From contig NC_068981.1 of the NCBI RefSeq assembly GCF_001194135.2, forward strand, positions 197,011,072 through 197,075,071: a DNA stretch of 64,000 nucleotides, written 5' to 3'. The position numbers were made by a program, and so were the translations under genes. The stretch comes from Octopus bimaculoides. Its lineage: Eukaryota. The notes beneath the pieces were generated by a model. The model was not told where the DNA came from. It did not search any database and saw only the letters and a program-made list of their open reading frames with translations. Positions 35,801 through 48,200 of this stretch are shown here, in pieces (positions within the stretch are counted from its first letter, which is position 1; the number at the start of each line of letters is the position of its first letter).

Positions 35801-38800
35801 CTCCATACATCATCAATAACTTTCTACTTTTTCTGTCAAGTTACTTGGGGGCAATATGTCACAATGTGTGCCACTGACTCATTCCAAGTTGCACAGACTC
35901 TACATTTTTCTGACACCTCCTCTCCACATATATTTTTTCTCAAATTGCTTGCTTTTATTGCATTATCTTGAGTTGCTACAATTAGGCTCACTTTTTTCAA
36001 TTGCCCCTTTCATAACCAAGCCCAGAATTTTGTCCCACCTACATCTTCAATGGCTCTCCAAAACTGTCCCTGCACAGGTTTCTCTTCGATCTGCCTGACA
36101 TGCTCTCTTTCTATTTCATTCTTTTCTCCTGTCACGTGCTTTCTCACCTGTTCTCTCTTAACTGGTTTTAGTAGTTTTTCTCTGCTGCTCTCTAAATACT
36201 CTACTAGACTTCTTCTTTCCATCTGTACACATTCTTTTACTGCTATTAAGCCTCTACCCACCCTGGTCTCTCTTCAAGAACAGCCAGTATTTATCTCATT
36301 TATGCAGTCCCCATCCATTGTTGTTTTGCTGCCTAGATAGTTCAATTCGTCAACATTTGCGATTGGTTTGTTATTGAAAGTCACATGGTCAGCCTCTGTT
36401 ATGTTTTTACAAAGAGTGGACGTTTTCTTCTCGTTCCTTTTGAAACCCATCATCAATTCTCAGCAGGAGCACCGAAAAATACGATTTTACCAAAGCAACA
36501 TACTTAGGATCCTCCTCTCTGGTTCTGAATGTTGGAAAACAACCAAAAGTATTGAAAAGAAATTGGAGGTTTTTTCAAAATAAATGTTTACGAAAAGTTT
36601 GAAGGTTTTTACAGGCCGAATATGATCTCGAATAACGAACTACACACCATGGCTAACGTGAAACCAGTAAGAGAAACTATTGAAGTAAGGAGATGGAACT
36701 GGCTGGGTCGAGTTTGTTGCTATAAACTGAACTCAATTGTCAGGATTGTTTGGCAATGAGTTCCACAAAATAAAAGACGTGGTCGACCAAAGGAAACATG
36801 GCAGAGAACAATAACAAAAGATCTTAAAAGCAGAAGGGTTAACAATGGAACAAGCTGTCAAGGACCCTTTCAGTGTTAGAAGGTGGGATGATCTTGCTGT
36901 CGCCTCAAGTGCCACAAGGCACAATGAGAACCGAATGAATGTACCCTGATCTGTGTGTCCAACACATGCCAGTGTGGAAAACGGATGTTAAAGAATGATG
37001 ATGATGATGATGATATGCGTATATTTGTCCTTGTCCTTGTCTTGGTATTGTTGTCTGATAGTTGTGTTTCTCACTGTCATACAAACCATGTCATTCCCAA
37101 TTTTCTACAAGAAATTACTTGGTCCTGGGGGAAATATTACCTTGCTCAGAAGCAAGGGTGGATTGGCAACAGGAAGGGCATCCAGCTGTAGAAAATCTTC
37201 CTCAATAAACTCCATCCAGTCTATGCAAGATTGGAAAAGTGGACCTTAACAAACTTTGCCAGATCGGATTGGAGCCTAGTGTAGTCATCTGGTTCACCAG
37301 TCCTCAGTCAAGCCGTCCAACCCATGCCAGCATGGAAAGCAGACGTTAAGCGATGATGATTATATATCTGGTAATGAATTAATTGAACCTCAGATTTTTT
37401 TTATGTCCTCTGCTAAAAATATGGTCAGTGAAAGTTGAAACAATTTCTATGTCAATCCAACATGGAAGCTACTAAATGGTTGATTGACTTGCTAGAAATA
37501 GCAACCGAATCTTCCTTAAATCATAATCTTCAATCGCAATCTGGTAAAAGAACGTATTGGATGATGGATTCCAAATTGTGTGCAGGGAAAATACAGTATG
37601 GCTAAGCCTTGTACTCCATTGCTAGATAATCCCTCCCTCACAAGAATGATTTGGCAGATAAACGCTAACAATTTCAATGTCTCCCTGACGACTCGTTTTT
37701 TTCTGTTTTCGTCTCCTTAATGACTTATTTACCTCTCTCTCTCTTTCTCGCCTCGTAGTGAAATGTGAGATTTCCAGATACCAAAGCCTTTCTCTTGGTC
37801 TCTACCCGGAATGTGGTACACCTGATCCTTACAAAGCATCCAACCATGGCCACATCCGAGACAGTATTTATTGTGCGGCAGCAACATGGTGTCTCTCACA
37901 GGCATACAGGTACGTCTTTCCCACTCTAATTCTGAATAGCCACTGACCTCTCATATTAGCAGCACTGACTCCAGATCTAGGATGTTATGCAGCAGCCATG
38001 TACATAGACATCCTGGTGACCATCACCCTGATAGACAACCTTACTGCATCCCTCCCACTCACACTACACAGTCTTTCCTTCTCAGAACTAACAAACTCTC
38101 CACCACACCTGTCCATATCTATTCAACTCTTCTCCTCCTCCTACTTTTTCTCCTTTTGCACCTTCTTCTTCTCCTCCTCCTCCTCTTCTCTTTTCACCTC
38201 TTTATTCTTCACCTCCTCCTTCTTTATCCTCCTCCTCCTTCTCCTTCTCCACATCCTCATTCTTTTCCTCCTCTTCTTCCTTCTCCTCCTCTTCCTTGTC
38301 CTCTTCCTTCTTCTCCTCCTTCTGCCCCTCCTCCTCTTCCTTCGTCTTCTCCTTCTCCTCCTCCCCCTCCTCTTCCTTCTCTTCCTTCTCCTCCTTCTGC
38401 TCCTCCTCTTTCTGCTCCTCCTACCTGTTCTCTTCTTCTCTTCCTCCTCCTCCTCTTCCTTTTTCTCCTTCTCCCTGTACTACAACACCACTCTGGAACC
38501 TCTTCCCTCTCCCCACCACTCTCCAATAGTCATCAAATCCCATCCTTACCAATCTGTCAACATCTGCAAAGGTTATGGATCCACACCTTTCTTCTTCATT
38601 AAAATAATAGCATTGCACAAGGCCATACACATTTTTATCAACCCCAGTACATGACTGGTACTTTACTTTCATCTACGTCAACTTCATCCTGGCAGAATAG
38701 GAGTAATAGAGAAAGAAATGTGAATTAATATTACTTTTGTTGAAAGGAAAGGAGAGAAAACCAGTTTAATTAGCAGTGTTAATAGAAGTGGGACCAAGTC

Positions 38801-39225
38801 TGTGATTATAATTGCAATTTTATTACCAATTGTAGTGGCATTATTATATACTTCCAGGTTTATGTTTGGTTGTTTGTCATGTGTGAATATAAAATTGAAG
38901 AAATTGGAGTCAGCAATTTAAAAAATAATTGTTGTGATTAAAATATAACTGTCCCACCATACTCCTTATTCACTCCAATTTCCTCAGTTTTATACATATA
39001 TATATATATATATTTATTATTTTTTTGATGATATGTATATATATATATATATATATACACATACATACATACATACAATGAGTTTCATTCTGTTTCCATT
39101 TTCTAAATCCATGCACAAGGCTTTGGTTAGCCTGAAGTTAAAGTAGAAAACCTTTTCAACAGTGAGACTGAACTCAAAACCACTTGGTTGGGAAGCAAGC
39201 TTCTTAACCACACAGCCACACAGCT

Positions 39226-39267
<42 letters not shown>

Positions 39268-42200
39268 AGTCGATGTTATTGTTGCTGCTGTTGCTGTTAC
39301 CCTTGTTAATTTTCTTCTTACAGACACATCGATGATGACCAGGGGCGGTGCCAAGAGTTGGCACATAATGCCATCAAAACCATGCGTGGTGTTCTCTACT
39401 GTTGGATGCACCAAAACACGATAACACAGAACGTAAGAATTCTCTGGCCTTGTTGGCATTTGGAATGTTCACTAGTTTCCCACCAACACAACTGTTGACC
39501 TAGTTGGGTGGTGGGTAAGGTTATAGTCTTCTTATTACCTCATGGTCATAGGCTCAAATCTTACTGCAGCCATTGTATCGTGGCCCTTGAGCAAGACAGT
39601 CAAGTCTTGCTTTTGTTGACATGAAACAGGCTCCTTGCCACCAACACCACCATCATCTACCTCTGCTCTACCTCCCATCCACCACCATCACATGTCCAGG
39701 CCGTCACCTCCCATCCACCACCATCACATGTCCAGGCCGTCACCTCCCATCCACCACCATCACCTATCTTTATACAACAGCTTCGTGATAGTTTCCACTT
39801 TACCACTTTTCAACCAAATGATTGACCTTCTACTCGGTCACTTAACCTGTAAGAAACAACAGCTAAACCTTCCACTTATCAGATGCTATTATGCTAAAAG
39901 CAAAAGATGCATTGGTTGATATATATATACATCCAGCATCCTAATGAGAAAGGATTTTTGGATGCTGGGCCTCACTGAGGAAATGACAAGGGGCCAGGAG
40001 AGGTGGGAATTTGCTGTACCTGATAAGACAGGTCAAGCTAAGTAAAACCAGTGTCTTCCCTAAATACAGGTTTGTCCTTTACAGGTGCTGGGGCCACATG
40101 AAATGCACTTGTGCTGGTGCTGTGTAAAAAGCATGCAGCACACTCTGTAAAATTGGTTGGCGTTAGGAATCAGAAGGACATCCGACCATAGAAACCATGC
40201 CACAACAGACAATTGGAGTCTGGGCAGGCTCCCTAGCGGGCCAGCTTCTGTCAAACCGTCCAACCCATGCCAGCAAAGAAAACGGATTATCATCATCGTT
40301 TAATATCTGATTTCCATGCTGGCATGGGTTGGACGGTTTTACTGGAGACTGGCAAGCCAGGAGGCTGCACCAGGCTCCAATCTGATCTGGTTATGTTTCT
40401 ACAGCTGGATGCCCTTTCTAATGCCAACCACTTCGAGAGTGTAGTGGGTGCTTTTATGTGCCACCAGCACAGAGGCGAGAGGAGCTGCCATCGGCCACAT
40501 TCGGATGGTGCTTTTTACGTGCTACTGGCACGGGGCTCACAACTACAGTTTCCATTTGATTTGCTGTTGATGTTGCATTTTCTTGGATTTCCTCAGAATC
40601 TTGAAATTTGTTCCTTTCAAGTGGGATTTGAATTCTTAGAAAGATTCTTGGCTGTAATAACCTTCAAACCATTTCTTTTTCCCACACATGCGAACGCACA
40701 CACACACACATTTTCTCTTGCCATGGTCACTGATGGAACCTCTGTGGTGTGGTGAGATGACCACACTCTTATGAACAACAGAAGTGAGCCAAAACATTAT
40801 CACTTAGTGTGCATGCAAGACGGAGTGCAAGGTCAGTTTGTGCCAAGCAGCTTCACTCTGCATACTATAACTCTGTTACCATAGCAACAGCCCCTACACT
40901 TTTGAGTCGGACCTCATAGATGTGTGTGCATGCACGTGGGTGTGTGAGTGTTTGTTTGCATTTCTTTGTCTTGACGTAGCATGGTAGTCGTAAACGAGTG
41001 TCACTGTCATGCGAGCAGTGTCATTTACTTGCAGTATTCTGCAAAAACATGTCTGGCCCTGTCGAAACATTACCTTGTATGGAAGCCGATGAAGCTTAAT
41101 GACAGGAAGACTATCCAACCATTAGAAGATCTGCATCAGTAAACTTCCATCCAACCCATGCCAACATGTGAAAGAAGACATTAAACCAATGATGAAGACC
41201 ATTCAGCTGCTGTTTCTAGCGGGTCAAGCAGTTGTATAGAGGCTCGCTTATGTTATTATGTTAATTTTGTCTCATCCCTAATTGTTATTCTTTTGTTCTT
41301 TTACTTGTTTCAAATCGACCCCAGGGCTTATTATTTTTTGTAAGCCTAGTACTCATTCTATCATTCTCTTTTGCCAAACCACTAAGTTATGGGAATGTAA
41401 ACACACCAACATTGGTTGTCAAGTGATGGTGGGGGGACAAACGTAGACACACACACAAATATACATATATATATATATAAACACACACACGACAGGCTTC
41501 TTTCAGTTTCCATTTACCAAGTCCACTCACAAGGCTTTGATCGGCCCAAAGCTATAGTAGAAGGCACTTGCTTGAGGTGCCATGCAGTGGGACTGAACTT
41601 GGAACCATGTGGTTGGGAAGCAAGCTTCTTACCACACAGCCACGCTGCTCCTATATCATCATCATCATCATCATCATCATTTTCTGTTTGAGTGCAGTTC
41701 CTAATTATCGTTCATGTTCTCTCCATTTATAACAGATCGAAAAATTCAAACATGACCAAAATCCCATCAATGCTCTCCACAGTGTGTTCGATATCGTCAC
41801 TGGTGACCCTGTCTTCAAGAAGGACGAATCAGGGCACTTACAGGTCAGTGGTCTCTTCTTTACCAATACTCTTCATAAGGCGGCAAGCTGGTAGAAACGT
41901 TAGCATGTTGGGCGAAATGCTCAGTGGTGTTTCGTCTGCTGTTATGTTTCTGAGTTCAATTTCCACCAAGGTCGACTTTGCCATTCATCTTTTCGAGGAT
42001 CAATGTAATCAACTTAATCCCTATTTGTTCCCTCTGTTTAGCCTCGTGTGGGCAATAAAGAAATAAATATTCTTCATTTGGCGTCATAAATTGTGCTCCC
42101 ATCAGAGACAGAGTAGTACATGGAATATGTGGCACTCATGCCTTTCCCAAGAGAATTTAGTGGAATCAGTGAAGGGCAAACCATAATTTAAGTTCTTTTA

Positions 42201-45200
42201 TTGCTTAAAGATCTGAGGTTTGTGAGGAGGGAGGTGGTCGATTACATTCATCTCATTTCCTCCCTCTTCAGTGTTTAACTGATGGGATGAAGGTCAATAC
42301 TGACCACCAGAGGAATAGATCTTGGACCATAAGGGTCCATACTGCAAATATCTGAGACATTTAACTGCTTCTCATGACTAAGGGCAGCAAAAGGTGTTGC
42401 TTTTTAGCCGGTGGTCAGCCCTGACCCAACAGACCTATGGTTAAAGGTGTTCAGGCTGTGACCATTCCATTCTTTTATTCAGGCATCGTACATCTAGGAC
42501 TACATGACACAGAGTGACTTGAAAGAGATTTGGATGCTAATTCTAGCAGGTCAAACAACTACACAGGCACTGTTATTGCTTGGGCTGTTGTTGTTGTTGT
42601 TTTACCCCAGGTCAGCTCTCATGCAGAAGGCATATAATCAGAGACATTCCAGCTATGGCAATCTAGTATATTTTTATTCAGACATTGTGTCTTTTTTTTT
42701 TTATATATATAACAGTGAGGTGTGATTTGGTGGTGATTAATTTGCCATTTCTAACATATCCGGACATATACACTATCCAACAGAACCTTTTGGTATAGTT
42801 TGGTGGAGATTTGGTTGTCATTTCTAGCATATAAGGTCATCCTGTAAATATCTGAATCTAACAGAAACGTTTTCCTTTCTCTTCAGCTTGATGTTATTGG
42901 TCTCTACCTCATCTTCCTTGTCCAGATGATAACCTCTGGCCTCCAGGTAAGATAGCATTCAGATGGAATTTCTTTTAATATTTATTTTTATTTTTTGTCA
43001 GGAGGGAAAGGGACATGTGTATGGCTTTTTACTTTTGGAAGGGAGGCAGAGAGTTGAGGGGGTGGGGATTTCGTCAAACTAGAAACCCGACCCAAATACT
43101 TGCAACAGTGAGGACTCTGTGAGAGGGCGACAACCATCCCCATCTGTCTCACTGGGCTTTAATTTACTACAAAGCCATGTCTTCCTCCTCTCTGATCAAG
43201 TCATCATCATCATCGTTATCATCATCATCGTCATCATCATCATTTAACATCCATCAGCCATGCTGCCATGGGTTTGATGGTTTGACAGGATCAAACAAGC
43301 TGCAGAGTTGCACCAAGTTGCAGTGTCATCTTTGGAATGGTTTCTACAGTTGGATGCCCTTCCAAATGCCAACCACGTTATAGAGTTCACTGGGTGGTTC
43401 TTTTTTTTGTCTTTTTTCCCATGCCAACAGCACTGGTGAGGTCACTGAATAACTTAGAAGGCAAAAAGGGAATTGGAGGAAAGGAGGAAAAAGAAAGACT
43501 AAATATGGAGAGTGTTTGATAGGTGGGGGGGGGGCTTTGTGCTAGGTCTACCTTTCGAAATATAAAATAAACAAAATAAATTTCTCATCATTGTAATCAT
43601 TTAATCATTTTCCATGCTGGAATGGTTTGGATGGTTTGACAGGGACTGCACCAGGTTCCATTGTCTGTTTTGGCAGAGTTTCTATGGTTGGGTTTCCTCT
43701 CTGATACCAACCACTTCACAGAGTGTACTGGGTGCTTTTTACGTGGCACCATCACCAGTGCTTTTTACGTGGCTCTGGTAGAAAAAAAAAAAACCCAGAT
43801 AAACTGATAAAAAAATTCTTGTCTCCTTTTCAGGTGATATTTTCATCTGACGAAGTGAACTTTGTACAGAATCTCGTGTTCTACGTTGAGCGTGCCTATC
43901 GCACTCCTGACTATGGCATGTGGAAGAGAGGAACGAAATATAACAATGGTAGTACGGAAATACATGCAAGGTAAGTGCTTTCTGTTCAGCTGATCTCTTC
44001 TTCATTTTCTCATTTCATTCATCATCATCATCATTGTTTAACATTCTCTTTCCCATGCTTGCATGGCTCAGAAGGAATCTGTTGAGGTAGATTTTCTATA
44101 GCCAGATGCCCTCCCTGTTGCTGACCCTCATCTCTGTTTCCAAGCAACAAAATAGTTCCCCATGGCCAAACATTTTCATCATATAAGGGAGTTACGAGGA
44201 CGATTGATAGCAAAAATAAAATGGAAAAAGTATGTGTCAATATATGGTGTGTGTGATTATTTTGTGGTTACTGAAGTGTGTCTGTCTCGAGCAAGATTCA
44301 AAGCAGCTAATCGAAGCAGCTAGATTGTGTAGGTGTATTTTTACCCACTCCGTTGTTTACACATGGCCAGTTATACGTCGCTATGTGTAGAGCAACGGAC
44401 ACCAGTTATTTGAAAATTTGTGTCGAGCAAACAGAAAATATTGTCTACAAAGAAGCTTTGTAATCATATTGATATTATCGAAAGGAATATGATTCATAAT
44501 TGAAATAAGGAAATTTGTCAACTTTGAATATATAAGTGTATAAACAAGCGTAAAATAGTGTAAACAACTAGAATAAAAGTATATCTAAATAACATTTGTT
44601 TCTTAATACTTTTTATGTAGTGGTCAAAAGAAACTCTGGCTTTCATTAGGAGTGGTCCACATAACCATTCATGATACAGAGGCTGGGAGCCTATTTCAGT
44701 TCAGGGGTGAATCGTCATCACATGTCACTTAGTCACAGACACATGTCATATAGCCGCAATAGAATGCTGTATCACCAATAATAATGTGATTTCTCCAAGA
44801 CATCTCCCACTAATCTATCAAATCCATTTACACATTTCTCAATACATACAGCTGTTATGACTTCCCTCCCACATTTTATGCCTCCATTGTAGATGGGTAG
44901 ATTTGCCAGGATATACAATAGACTTATTTTCAGCTTCCATCAACTAAATCCACACACAGGGTTTTGGTTGACTTTGGGCAATAGGAGAAGACACTTGCCC
45001 AAGGTGCTGTGCAGTGAGACTGAACTCAAAACTACATGGTTCTTAACCACACAGCCATACCTGCATCTATGCTACACCTGCACCAACAACCATGCCCTAT
45101 TTAACCCTTTCATTACCAACCCGGCTGAAACCAGTTCTGGCTCTGTAGTACAAATGTCTTGTTTACATAAGTTTTGAATTAAAATCTTCCACCAAACCTT

Positions 45201-48200
45201 AGTCACAATTTATGTTCCTAACACTAGCTTAATGATAACAAAGTTATTTTACTAAATTCTTTGTTATATTTAAAATTAATTGAAAGAAACACAGAACATC
45301 TCAAAATAAATAGAGTAACAAAAGGATTAAGTGGATTAAGCCTTAAACCATTTATTATCCAACGTCTCTATGTTCTTCCGTTTCATTCCTTCTAGTTCTA
45401 TCGGTTTCTGTAAAGCTGCTTTAGAATCCATAAGTGGAGTGAACCTGTTTGGAGAATATGGTGCTTCCTGGTCTGTCATTTATATTGACATAGATGCCCA
45501 CAATCGGAATCGAACTATTTTTGAAACCATCCTACCTCGAGAGTCAAATTCCAAGGTTTGTAAAAAGTTTCTTCTTTGATGTACTAATTCTCATATCTTT
45601 CTTTACCATTTACTCTTTCATTATCATCATCATGTCTGTTTTCCATGCTGGCATGGGTTGGACGGTTTGACTGAGGTCTGGAGAGCCAGTGGCTGCACCA
45701 GGTTCCAATCTGATCTGGCAAGGTTTCTACAGTTGGATGCCCTTCTTAATGCCAACCACTCCAAGAGTGTAGTGGGTGCTTTTTACATGCCACCAGCACA
45801 AGAGCCAGTCAGTGGGTACTAGCATCAATCACATTTGGATAGTGCTTTTTACATGCCACCGGCACGGGGGCCAGTCAGGGGGTACTGGCATCGGCCACAT
45901 TTGGATGGTGCATCTTACATGCCACTGGCATGGGAGCCAATCAGGCAGGCCTGGCATCGATCACATTCAGATGATGCTTTTTACATTCATTAAATTAGTT
46001 TCAACGGTTTTTTTTTTCCAAGAAATTTGTTAATAATTTTCATATACATGCACATATACATACATGGATGTATACAAGCATGTGTGTATGTATACATCCA
46101 TCCATATATATATATATATACATACACACATGCATGTATACATACATCATCATCATCATCATCATCATCATCCTTTAACGTCCGTTTTTCATGCTGGCAT
46201 GGGTTGGACGGTTTGACAAGAGCTGGCTCCAATTGTCTGTTATGAGATGGTTTCCATGACTGGATGACCTTCCTAATGCCAACCATTTTGCAAAGTGTTC
46301 TTGGTGCCACATAGTTATACATCAATCAACTATTATTCTAATGTCTCCTTTTCCATGCCCATTCCACCATTACCATCCACCTGTTATTGCCCACCCATTG
46401 ATTAGCTAAACACAAACCCCTAAACTAACAAAATACAATGTTCTAACCACAATAATGTGTCCCTTTCAGCCAATTTCCATAAAAATCTCTTTCCCACCAA
46501 TTTGCTCTGCATTTCCTTGACTCTTCTTTCTCTTCTCCTCCTCATTTCATCTTCTCCTCTCCTCCACCTTTTATTCCTCCTTCTCCATGACCATCATCAG
46601 CATCAGTCACCTTACAGACATCATCATCATCATCATCAGATTTTCTCCAGCTGGATGCTCTTCCTGTCACCAACCCTCCTCTGTTTCTAAGCAAGGATGT
46701 ATTTCTCCATGGCTGGAGATGTTTCCACAGAAGTTCAGAAATGAACAACACTGCTTATGTAATGGTGATATATATCACAACAAGAAAATGCCAAAACACA
46801 CACACACACACACACATCCATTAGTATGTAAAACTACGAGAAAAAATACTCAGCACAAATTTTAGAGATCATTTCATTTAAAGCTGATAAGTCAGTTCAT
46901 TGCGTTGCCACTCAGAGTTTTCTCAGTATGTCATCTCTCAGGATCACAAAACTATGGTCTTCATCTTTTTTTTTTTTCCTTTCCATAGCCTGAACTGACA
47001 CCCATGCCAGTGACGTGTAAAAAGCACCTTTAGAGCATTGGGCCTCTTAGTGGCAAAGTGGCTGACGCCGGTGGCACATGAAGAGCTTCTTTCGAGTGTT
47101 GGGTCTCACGGTAGCAATGGCCAAGACCTTTGGTATTATGTCGTGCCTGAGAAGAAGTCCCATCAAGCCAAGTAAAATTGCAGTCATGGCAGATATCAGT
47201 GTCACACAATGGGCTTCTTTCAGTTTCCACCCACCAAACCCACTCACAAGGCTTTGGTCAGCTGAAGGTTGTGGTAGAAGCACGTAAAAGCACCCCTTAC
47301 ACTCTCAGGGTGGTTGCCATTAGGAAGGGCATCCAGCCGTAGAAAACCATGCCAAATCAGACTGGAGTCTGGTGCAGCCTTCCAGCTTACCAGCCCTGGT
47401 CAAATCATCCAACCCATGCCAGCATGACCAATGGACGTTAAATGATGATGATGATGAGGAGGATGAAATGTTGCTGATGTGTAAATGTCTATCTTATTTT
47501 TGTTTACAGAATACTGATGCCTCCCTTCTTCCAGCAATTAGCTGGCCAGCATTTGGCATCCACGAGACATACCTGCGTGAACGAGCAATCAGCAAAGTTC
47601 TGCGCAAACTCAGTGGCAGCTACGGATTAAAACGCTACCTCCGTGACGGCTATAAGACTGTTCTAGAAGATGAAACTCGTAAACACTACGTGCCAGCAGA
47701 GATTAAGGTTAGCAGTCTTTTATGTTGTTTTGTTGTTGTTCAGCCTCAGACTAACCCTGATTAAAGCGACTAATGACTAAAGACATTCAAGTTGTGACCA
47801 TCACTCATTTTGTGTATCAAAGTCATTTTCTAATGATTCTTTTCTACTGTAAATGTGATTTGCAGGAATCTGGCTGCTATTTCTAGCTGGCTAAGGGACT
47901 GCACATATTCTTTTGCTCTCTTATTTGTTTCAGTCATTGGACTGCGGCCATGCTGGAGCACCGGCTTTAGTCGGACAAATCGACCCCAGGACTTATTCTT
48001 TGTAAGCCTAGTACTTCTATCGGAACCTTTTGCTGAACCGCTAAGTTACGGGGATGTAAACACACCAGCATCAGTTGCCAATCGATGGTGGAGGGACAAA
48101 CACAGACACACAAACATACGCACACACACACACACATGTATTCATATATNNNNNNNNNNNNNNNNNNNNNNNNNNNNNNNNNNNNNNNNNNNNNNNNNNN

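Noticed and set aside
37982-38672. Long Leu/Phe-, Pro- and Glu/Gly-rich ORFs of 200+ aa
   Set aside because: They are translations of a CTT/CTC low-complexity tract in PHKB intron 2, with no domain signal
39412-39432. Three-residue extension at the end of PHKB exon 3 (NTITQN versus recalled ADK)
   Set aside because: A small indel at an exon edge in a probable loop; the frame is preserved and nothing suggests function
44350-44398. Small imperfect hairpin CCGTTGTTTACACAT / ATGTGTAGAGCAACGG as a pre-miRNA
   Set aside because: The stem is short and imperfect, and there is no expression or conservation evidence
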